Below are positions 21,686 to 30,223 of a stretch of 30,223 bases of DNA, piece after piece (the stretch's first letter is position 1; every line of letters starts with the position of its first letter). Both the position numbers and the translations under genes were made by a program. The stretch is from positions 62,001-92,223 of the forward strand of contig BAAIJX010000069.1 of the NCBI GenBank assembly GCA_054600435.1. Reading direction: 5' to 3'. The notes under the pieces were generated by a model. That model saw nothing but the letters and a program-made list of their open reading frames with translations, was not told the DNA's origin and did not search any database. Source of the stretch: Neophaeotheca triangularis. Lineage: Eukaryota.

Positions 21686-23385
21686 ATGGAAGGCTCAATG
21701 AGCGACCGCAAATGGTCAAGCATGGAAGGCGCTCTTCACAACAGCCTACGTGCCGGCATAGCGCAGATGGGATACGAGTGAGCGCATTCACAGCCGGCTG
21801 TGGCCTCACGAGCTAATTTACTAGATACTTGACGCCCGTTCAGCTCAAAGTCCTCAGTGAACTGCCCAACTTCCAATCGGACTGCCTCGTCCAGGCGAAG
21901 ACCGGCACCGGCAAGACGCTGGCTTTCCTCTTACCCGCCCTTCACTCCCTGCTTCACCAGTCAAGGCTCCCGCGCGGTCAAGTCGCCATCTTGATCGTCT
22001 CGCCGACACGAGAACTGGCCCTCCAAATCGCCAAAGAAGGCACCTCTGCTACCTCACAGCTACGCAAAGGCGAAGTCGAATTCCACACAGCCTATGGCGG
22101 CAGCTCCAAAGCTCGCGAACTGAATGCGTTTATGAGTGGCGACCCGAAAGTGCTGGTGGCGACCCCAGGAAGGCTCAACGATTACCTGTCTGACCCAGCT
22201 GTAGCTCAAAAGTTCCGCAACCTGCGCACTTTCATTCTCGACGAGGCCGACACCATGTTAGAAACCGGCTTCCTTCCCAGCATTCAGCAAATTCTTCGAC
22301 AAATTCCCCCAAAGGCGAGCGGCTGGCAAGGCATGTGCTTTTCAGCGACAGTGCCGGCCAAGATTCACACCGTCCTGCCCTTTGTGCTCAAGCCTGGGTT
22401 CTCGCACCTCACAACCGTCAACGCAAACGAAGCACCTACCCTTGATCGTATACTGCAGCACTCTGTAATTGCACCATCAGTCCAGGACGTGTTCAACTAC
22501 CTCGATGCGCTCCTCAAAAACGAGCAAGCGAAGACACCCGGTAACTTCAAAATCATCGTCTTCGGTGCCACTGCAAATGGCGTCGCTCTCATGGCGTCAA
22601 TCTTCTCGAACATCTTCGGGCCCCGCAGCAATACGCAAGTCTTCCAACTCCATTCTCGCCTGAGCCAGAGCGCCCGTGTGCGTACGACCAACGATTTCAA
22701 AGCCACTCCTGCCGGCATCATGTTCGCCAGCGACGTCATCGGCCGCGGCATGGATTTCCCCAACGTCAGCTTGGTCATTCAAGTCGGCCTGCCGTCAAGC
22801 GGAGATCAGTACACTCATCGTGTTGGAAGGACCGCACGCGCCGGCAACGAAGGTCGTGCTGTGATCTTGTTGACCCAGCGCGAGGGCTTCTGGCTCAAGG
22901 TCAACAAGAGCCTCCCGATCAAGCCGTATCCAACTGATCTCAGTGCTTCGGCTAACTCGCTTGCACCGGAAGTACAAGGCGCTTTCCAGAACGTGGACGA
23001 AGTCACCAAGAGCAAAGCGTACCAGGCCTGGCTCGGATTCCACAAGACCTTCACCAAGCAGCTCCAGCTGACGAATGAAGGCCTGGTGGAAGAAGCCAAT
23101 GCGTACTCTGCAAGCCTGGGGTGCCCCGAGCCCCCGGCGATTGAGAAGCAGACGATCGGTAAGATGGGCCTAAAGGGTGTCAAAGGGCTGCGTATTGGAC
23201 AAGCGCGCGAAGGAGGTGGAGGCAGACGGCCGCACGGTGGGGCCACTAGGGGTGGCAGATCGAACGGCGACCACTCTGCACCCAACGGTAGCTCCGCCCC
23301 CAAGGGACCTCCATCTGGCGGAGGCAGAGGCAGGGGAGGCAGGGCGCCGCGGGGTGGACGGGTCGCGAAAGGCGGAATGGCTTGA
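21686..23385 (+). CDS. DEAD-box RNA helicase, Mss116/CYT-19-like, with C-terminal RGG tail; exons 21686-21777 and 21825-23385
   Basis: Q motif GYEYLTPVQ (across 47-nt intron GTGAGC..CTAAT..TAG), AKTGTGKT, PTRELA, TPGRL, DEAD, SAT, SDVIGRGMDFP, HRVGRTARAG, KAYQAWLGFH helical extension typical of the Mss116 group. Confidence 0.93.
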
Positions 23386-23925
23386 TCTGGAGGTGGTTAC
23401 TGGAAGTGAGGCTATGGATTCAAGCATCAACGGCGTCCGGCATAGATGGCGTACACTGGGAGCAGATCTTAGTTGCTTCTTCGTGGTTCGTGGGGCAGCA
23501 GAAGCTTGTGGCAGTTCCATTATCTAGAGGGCACTGCGAGCGATAGAATTTCATTCAAGACCTTTGCATCCTTTGCATTCTATTGCGACATGGTGGAGCC
23601 CTGGTCTTTCTGCTGATCAAAGACGCTCGTCTTTTATGGAAATAGTTAAGGTATATACCTATGAGCCGCTTGCGGGGTCAAATTCTTACCTCAGCATTCT
23701 AAAGCTTAAGGTCGAAATTGAACGAGATGGCGAATTAAGGTTAGGCCGGAAGCTCTAGAGTACTACCTAGGTAGATCAGGAATAAGGAGGGGTTGGTAGT
23801 GATAGGTTGCGAAACATGAAGGGGGAGTCCTAGTTATCCCCATCCAAAGCCCCATCAACCGCGTCTTCGCAATCGAGGTTAGCTACCACACCAGCGCTGT
23901 TGACTACATAGGGACGGACTTGAGA

Positions 23926-26900
23926 ATGCCGCACCAGATACCTTGGACTACCAGCGTGCAGGGGCATCCCGGTTCCTCACCTCAGGAAATACGCAATGAG
24001 GCGGACTGGACACGAGCTTCTCAGCATCGGGTCGGTTTCAAGAATCGGGACGGCCGCAAGTCCGGCATCACCCACGCGGACGATGAGCACAACCGCCATA
24101 CTCGGACGAATGGTGTTAGCGAGTCCAATGGAAAGCCAGTTGGAGAGAGTCTGGTCAACTTCCGCGATGTCGCTGTCAAGCGCGAAGCCTTACAAGTCGA
24201 GCCCGAGGAGTTGCCACTCGGCTGGAGGGCATACTACGACTATTCCGAGGACTTCATCAAGAACCAGGAACCTTGGTCAGTGAACCAGAAGCAGGCCACT
24301 CGCAAAGATGAAGGCCGGTCGCGAGGAGTCAACCGAGACCAGTCGCAAGAAGAGCACGAATGGTCGCGGGGAAATGGCGTTCGGAGTGCGCACCACGATG
24401 CCTACGGCACCAACTCCGCTGGCTCTGACAATACTAGGCAAGACAATCTGACGGACCGCTATAGCCCGCAAGAGATCGCTCTACTCAAAGCCTTGGAAAA
24501 CGAATCCACCTACAGACAGAACCTCCGCGAGAATGATGGCACCCATGCTAGCCCTCAAGTGCACAACCGAGTGACCATCGACATCGACGAGAAAGACCAA
24601 TTCACCCCGGATAATTGGTTCCCTAGGTCTGCCGACCTCATACGTCTGACTGGCAGCCACCCAATGAACGCTGAGCCTGAGCTCTCTGAGCTTTTCGATG
24701 CTGGACTCATCACGCCAAATGAAATTCATTACATTCGTAATCATGGAGCTGTTCCACGATTGGCTTGGAGTACCCACAAGCTCGACGTAGAGAATGGTAG
24801 CTTGGTCCTGTCAATGGATGATCTCAAGCGGCGATTCGCCAGTCCAAATTTCCCTGTGTCTCTGGCTTGCGATGGTAACCGCCGCAAAGAGGTCAACATG
24901 GTGAGAAAGTCCAAGGGATTCGACTGGGGCTCCGGCGCTACGGGATGTGCGTACTGGAAAGGTGCTCTGCTTCGAGATGTGCTTCTTGCTGCTGGTGTGG
25001 AAGACGGTCAGTATCTTACTGCTGATGGACGTCCGCGATCGGTCAACTTCGAAGGCTGCGACGAGCCTTCAGAGGGTAAATATGCGACCTGTATCCCACT
25101 TAGCTACGCCATGGACCCGGTCAACGATGTTTTGTTGGCTTATGAAATGAACAACTTGCCCATACCGCCTGACCATGGCTACCCCTTGCGGCTTATTATA
25201 CCTGGATATGTCGGAGGGCGTTGCGTGAAATGGCTGGGAAGGGTCTGGACTTCGGACGACGAAAATTCAAGTCATTACCATATTTGGGACAACCGGGTCC
25301 TACCTTCCTTTGTAAGAGACAAGGACGGACCGTTCGCAAAGACAATGTTCGCTCATCCGGATACTGCTTGTAACGAGCAGAATTTGAACTCCATCATCGC
25401 GAAGCCTGCCCAAGGTGAAAAGCTCCCGCTGAGCCATGCTGATTCCGGCAAGAACTACCGCATTGAAGGATACGCCTACGATGGCGGCGGGCACGAAGTG
25501 CAGCGAGTGGAGGTCTCGCTTGATGGGGGGGAGACATGGCTGTATTGCGTCCGTAAACTTCCTGAGTATCCAATCCGCCATGGCAGCAAATTCTGGACTT
25601 GGGTTCATTGGCATGTCGATGTTTCAACTTTGCACCTGCTCCAGGCGAAGGGAATCGTCGTGCGAGCATGGAATGTCTTCAAGAATACCCAGCCGGAGAC
25701 GATGTCATGGAATATCATGGGTTTGTGAACCCTAAGCTGGGAGAGCAGCCATAGCAAGAGACTACTGACCAATCTTCTTTCCCAGGTATGATGAACAATT
25801 GTTGGTACACAGTCAAAGCGGAGCTTGCGCAGGACGGAGACGGCGGCAGCCCCTCCATGTTATTTCGACACCCTTGTCAGCCAGGCGGTGATGGCGGATG
25901 GATGAAACCGAGCCACGAGAATGAAATTGCAAGCATCAAGCAGCAAGCCGGTACTCCGCAGAAGCAGTTCACCCGAGAGGAGATCGAGAAACATGATACC
26001 GAAGGTGACTGCTGGCTTGTCATCGACAACAATGTGTACGATGCGACGTCCGTCCTAAGCTGGCACCCGGGTGGCAAAGCAGCAATCGTCGGTCATGCCG
26101 GTAGAGTTCACAAACAGACCACCGAGGAGTTCGCCAGTGTACATGACGGGTACGCATATCAAAAGCTCAAGGAATGTGCGCTTGGTGTGGTGACCGAAAA
26201 GACCGCTCAGTACATCAAGGCCGAAGCGGAAGCAGCGGCGAAGCAGGCTGCACAGAAGAGTACTACGGCACAGAATCAAGTTGTACTCCAAAAGCATCGT
26301 TGGGTTCAAGTTACACTGGAAGACCGCGAAGAGCTCAGCGAAGATACCCGCCGGTACACATTCCGACTGCCAGACGGTGCTAAAACATTGGGACTTGGAA
26401 CTTGCCAGCACGTTCAACTAGGCTTACATATGAAGGACAAGATGCTTGTTCGCGCTTACACACCAACCATGCCGGTGATGCCCTTGACCGAAGATGGAGC
26501 TCCGCAAAACGCTGCGGTTGTCGACAACCAGGGAATCTTCCGGCTGGTTGTCAAGACCTACTATCCGAGCGACAAGGTACCCGGCGGTGCCATGACCAAC
26601 CTCCTTGATTGCTTGAGCGTGGGTGAAAAGGCTGACATTAGAGGACCGACCGGAGAGATTGTGTACAAAGGCCAAGGTTTGTTCGACATCGAGGGCAAAG
26701 ACATGAAGTTCAGCAAGATCTCGATAGTTTGTGGTGGCTCCGGTCTCACGCCTGGCTACGCCATGATCGCTCGCATAGTCGCTGACGGGGATACTGCCGT
26801 GGAGGTCCGCGTAATTGACGCCAACAAGTCGGAGCGTGATATATTGCTGCACGACCAGCTCGATCACTTGGAGAAGGAGAGTCGAGGTCGTTTGAAAATC

Positions 26901-27154
26901 GCTCATGTTCTGAGCCACCCGAGCGACAGCTGGACGGGTATCAAGGGCCATGTTGACGAGCAGATCATCAAGCAGCACCTTTTCGCGCCCGGCGTCGACA
27001 GCGTCGCGCTTCTCTGCGGACCGCCGGCCATGATCCAGAAAGCTGCACTTCCTGCGTTGAAAGGTATGTATTCCTTCGTGGACTTCTTAAGTACGTGGCT
27101 AATCGATAAACAGACTGGGGATACGTCGAAGAAGAGAATGTTTTCGGCTTTTAG
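23926..27154 (+). CDS. Nitrate reductase-like enzyme (niaD-like: Moco + dimerisation + cytochrome b5 + FAD/NAD(P)H domains); exons 23926-25720, 25786-27063, 27114-27154
   Basis: RLTGSHPMNAEP, HYIRNHGAVP, LACDGNRRKE (Mo-ligand Cys), PDHGYPLRLIIPGYVGGRCVKWL, WNIMG|MMNNCWY, b5 CWLVIDNNVYD..HPGG..FASVH, RAYTP, GGSGLTP, LCGPPAM; introns 25721-25785 and 27064-27113 restore frame to DWGYVEEENVFGF*. Confidence 0.93.
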
Positions 27155-27409
27155 CATACGCTTCATACAGCTTCTCCACTGTACGCGCCGACTCTACTCG
27201 TTTCTAACCTCCCTCACGTAACGGCGTAACCAAAACATCCCGGGCCGCTTTCTCAAGAGATGAGTCTTGAATGGCGATGAGCTCTTCTCGCGTGACACAT
27301 AGAGCGCGCTGCTTACGCTCTCTGTCCTCATAGACTGTCCTCATCGACCATCCCCAGTTGTAGATCGGAATCCAGTGTGCTTCTGTCTACTCGTAAGGCC
27401 TGGCTGGAT

Positions 27410-27830
27410 GGTGCAGCTACTGAGTCTCTAGTGTGATGTGAACAACACGGATAGCTTGAAAAAAGTCTCCGCGCAGCTGAGGTCAACAGGTCATGGCATC
27501 AACGGCGTGATCTAGGCCGCAAGAGTGCTCGAGGTATGTCTACTTTTCTCGCTACGCCCGAGTACGCCGAAGACAAAGGGCTCCTACAACATCTCCCTAA
27601 CCTCAAGGTGGAAACTTGCCCGTTCATGACCCGTCTCTCGTCTTATCACCGGCATCATTGGCAACGTCGCGTAAGGCGATTATGCGGCTGGCAACATATT
27701 CGATTTTGCCCGTTCCCATTCGCCGATCGCAGCAATCAGTATCGACGTGGACCTCGTTGCAAACTCCTCATATCTTACGTCCGAGGGAGCATTTAGCGAC
27801 GTCCGGAATGATGCGAAGCGCTATCCGACT
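27410..27830 (+). pseudogene. Relic of a polyketide synthase ketoreductase (KR) domain
   Basis: Collinear fragments: SL*CDVNNTDSLKKVSAQL, GINGVI*AARVLE followed by GTATGT donor (27534), TPKTKGSYNI, LPVHDPSLVLS, ITGIIGNVA*GDYAAGNIF, FARSH..AISIDVDLV; these match fungal reducing-PKS KR motifs CDV, IxGVIQAAMVLxD, PKxxGSWNL, LSS..G.xGQxNYAAGN, SIDLG in the right order. Confidence 0.75.
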
Positions 27831-27906
27831 TCCTCCAGATTCGATTTCGTCTTTGCGCACGTTAGATACACTCTCAACCAACCATCATCATCAACCCCCA
27901 TCTTTC

Positions 27907-29430
27907 TTACGCATTACCAACGTTCATCCCGTGCTTTTCCATCATCAAGTGCAAGCCGTAAGGCCCGAAAGCTCGAGGATCAGGATCCTCGTACAGCAAC
28001 TTCAACAGCTCGGCCCACACGTTGAGCTGCCCCATCTGGAACCAGCCTTCACGCATTTCGCGAAGCATCAAACCCTGCCATTCGGGCTTTGCAAGACATG
28101 ACCCTGCGATTAGTACGGGCCACACGATTGTTGCAACGTACTTTCGTGCGTTGATCAGATGGGGTGTCTCGGCAAAGACGGCGTGAACATGCTGAGAGAT
28201 GACCGCTCGAAGGGCAGGATCATCGACTATCGCGCCTGCTAGCGACGTTGTGAGGAAGATATGTATTGCGTGCCGTAACGCTTCGGCGGCGTGCTGACGG
28301 AGCCTCAGGTCTTCAGATGATTCGCTTGCTGGCAGCTTCATGTCTGGCATCGTCCATGTCGTCAATTGTTCGTGGAGACGGTCATGATCCTCACGAAGGC
28401 TTCGGCTTGGCTGGGCGAGGCCTTGGGTCTCTTCTGACAAGCGGCGCGAGGAAAGTCGGCTCACGAGCGGAATCAAGTAATGCAGCTCGTGGCAACCGGA
28501 GAGGAAAGTCCCAAAGGTATGATAGGTCTCGAGCCCAGCTCGACATCTGCTGATGACATCGAATGGCAACGACCGCGATATCGCCATGCCATGCGGCGTA
28601 AATGTGTTGCACGACACGAGGTAGGCATACCACTCCAAGCAGAGTCCCATGGTCGGCGAGGTGATTTGAGTGTGGTTACTTGCAGACTTGGACCTCAGAA
28701 CAGAGCTGATCAAGTGGTGGCTTGCACGCAAATGGCTGAAGATGTGGCCATTCATGTCTCCAGAAATGGCCTATAATATCATGAGTTCTGTTCATTGGAC
28801 ATGCTGACTGGCAGTGCTTACCTCATACTGACACAAAACCAGCAGTACGCGCAAAAGCCTTTCCATCTTGTCCGAGTCATCCTCTCGCAAGCTCGAGAAC
28901 TCGACTCTGAGCCGGCTCAGTATCAGGGTATAGTGGAGGCATGCTGCTTCTGCGACGTCCGTTCTATCTTTCTCGCGACAGGCCATGTGAGCGCCGCTCA
29001 CCGCAAGTAAACCATGCATGAGTAAATCATCGGCATGACCGAGGGGCAGCAGCACGGTCACCAATGGGTTGCTACTCGAAGGAGCCATTGCTAGGATGCC
29101 AGCCGTCTCCGCAAGGTAATGTCCTAGCAGGAGGACCGAGACTGGCGTGAGCGTGCCTGGACGCCCGGAGCCTGCATACAGGAAGGGCAATGGGGGCGGT
29201 ATGCTCAAAGTATTCGAATCGACCACATGCGGCATTGAAAGCCGGCTGCTCGACATATTGGACGCGCTGGGTGCGCCATTGACTCTGCTAAACATCCATT
29301 GCGGCCACTCACAGTCCAGTTGATTCCGCCGACAAGCTGTGCAGCGCGGTTTCATCTCGTCGCACTTTTTCTTGCGCGCCTTGCAAGTCATGCATCCGTT
29401 TCGAGATCGAACCCGATTGTTGGACGCCAT
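27907..29430 (-). CDS. Zn(II)2Cys6 transcription factor with fungal-specific C-terminal TF domain; exons 29430-28822 and 28770-27907
   Basis: RSRNGCMTCKARKKKCDEMKPRCTACRRNQLDCEWP binuclear cluster; NPL..LLMHGLLAVSGAH; 51-nt intron GTAAGC..TAG joins CQYE|AISGD...HLRA; WPVLIAGSC. Confidence 0.93.
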
Positions 29431-29757
29431 AGTCGCTGCTGTGGCCCAGATAGGTACGAAATGGCAATGGAGATCTTGCCTCTGTAACGATCGAACCTCG
29501 CTCTCCTCGACTTGGACGATGTGGAGGGTGGTCCACCAGAGACAGCATCACATCTACCCGTCGGGTCGTCGATGGAACCATCCATGTCTCTCGGGCTTCT
29601 GACCCTCGAATACATGAATGAGCACCAAGGATGGATCTTGGGCTGATGCCCCGTCATTGCCCAGCGAAGGATCACCATGTACAGCGCGCTTACAGCCTTG
29701 GCAAGGCCGGCCGGAATGTGGGCGCTACCTTTCTCTTCATCTCTTCATCTCTTCATC

Positions 29758-29928
29758 TCTTCTCGAGCTGACCACTGCTGACCACCTCCACCCCAGCGCG
29801 GATGAATCATGCATAGCGCGGGTGCAGCATTCGCGACACTTAAATCTGGGCTACGTCTTCTCGAGCTGACCAATTCTACCACGGCGCGGATGGATCATGC
29901 ACAGCGCGGGTACAGTCTCGGCGACGCC
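29758..29928. repeat. Degenerate tandem duplication (~98-bp period), preceded by (CTCTTCAT)x3 at 29733-29756
   Basis: TCTTCTCGAGCTGACCA at 29758 and 29856; GCGCGGATGAATCATGCATAGCGCGGGTGCAG vs GCGCGGATGGATCATGCACAGCGCGGGTACAG follow in each copy. Confidence 0.85.
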
Positions 29929-30057
29929 AGAATATGCGTTTTTTCGTGTCTTGAAGTTCGCTTCTAGGACATGATTTGCGGCGAGCGAGCAGCAGTTGCC
30001 CCGATCATCGTACCGTTTCTAATATTGCGGCCACGGAGCGGACGAGGCATCAATAAC

Positions 30058-30223
30058 TTAGGGTTAGGGTTAGGGTTAGGGTTAGGGTTAGGGTTAGGGT
30101 TTGGGTTAGGGTTAGGGTTAGGGTTAGGGTTAGGGTTAGGGTTAGGGTTAGGGTTAGGGTTAGGGTTAGGGTTAGGGTTAGGGTTAGGGTTAGGGTTAGG
30201 GTTAGGGTTAGGGTTAGGGTTAG
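30058..30223 (+). repeat. Telomeric repeat array (TTAGGG)n, right chromosome end
   Basis: 27 hexamers plus TTAG running to the end of the sequence with the G-rich strand pointing outward; one variant TTTGGG at 30100-30105. Confidence 0.98.

Noticed and set aside
23926..29430. Nitrate assimilation cluster with the TF as NirA
   Set aside because: No nitrite reductase or transporter; the ~490-aa TF has a different architecture from NirA/Nit-4, and a PKS relic separates the two genes.
29733..30223. CRISPR-like array or transposon terminal repeats
   Set aside because: Eukaryotic context, only two degenerate copies without spacers, no transposase/RT ORF, TIRs or LTRs seen anywhere in the window.

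Overview
Right-hand end of a filamentous ascomycete chromosome (short GT-AG introns with CTAAC/CTGAC branch points, TTAGGG telomere at 30058-30223). Genes in order: 3' end of a CLPTM1-family gene; GPI-anchored aspartic protease (opsB-like); secreted Zn-dependent (HxE/CxxC) deaminase; decayed secretory-lipase pseudogene; cutinase with a Gly-rich tail; Ser/Thr-rich orphan ORF; EDE1/Eps15 endocytic adaptor; NAD-dependent epimerase/SDR; MMU163-like mitochondrial protein; Mss116/CYT-19-like DEAD-box helicase; stand-alone nitrate-reductase-like molybdo-flavo-haemoprotein; Zn2Cys6 transcription factor whose start codon is only about 630 bp from the telomere. Not evident from the ORF track: a fossil polyketide-synthase ketoreductase domain between the nitrate reductase and the TF, a recurring intergenic palindrome TACCTAGGTA, and a ~98-bp degenerate tandem duplication next to the telomere. 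All family assignments are from motif recognition by eye; no database searches were run. I see several candidates worth follow-up but cannot claim a proven new system.
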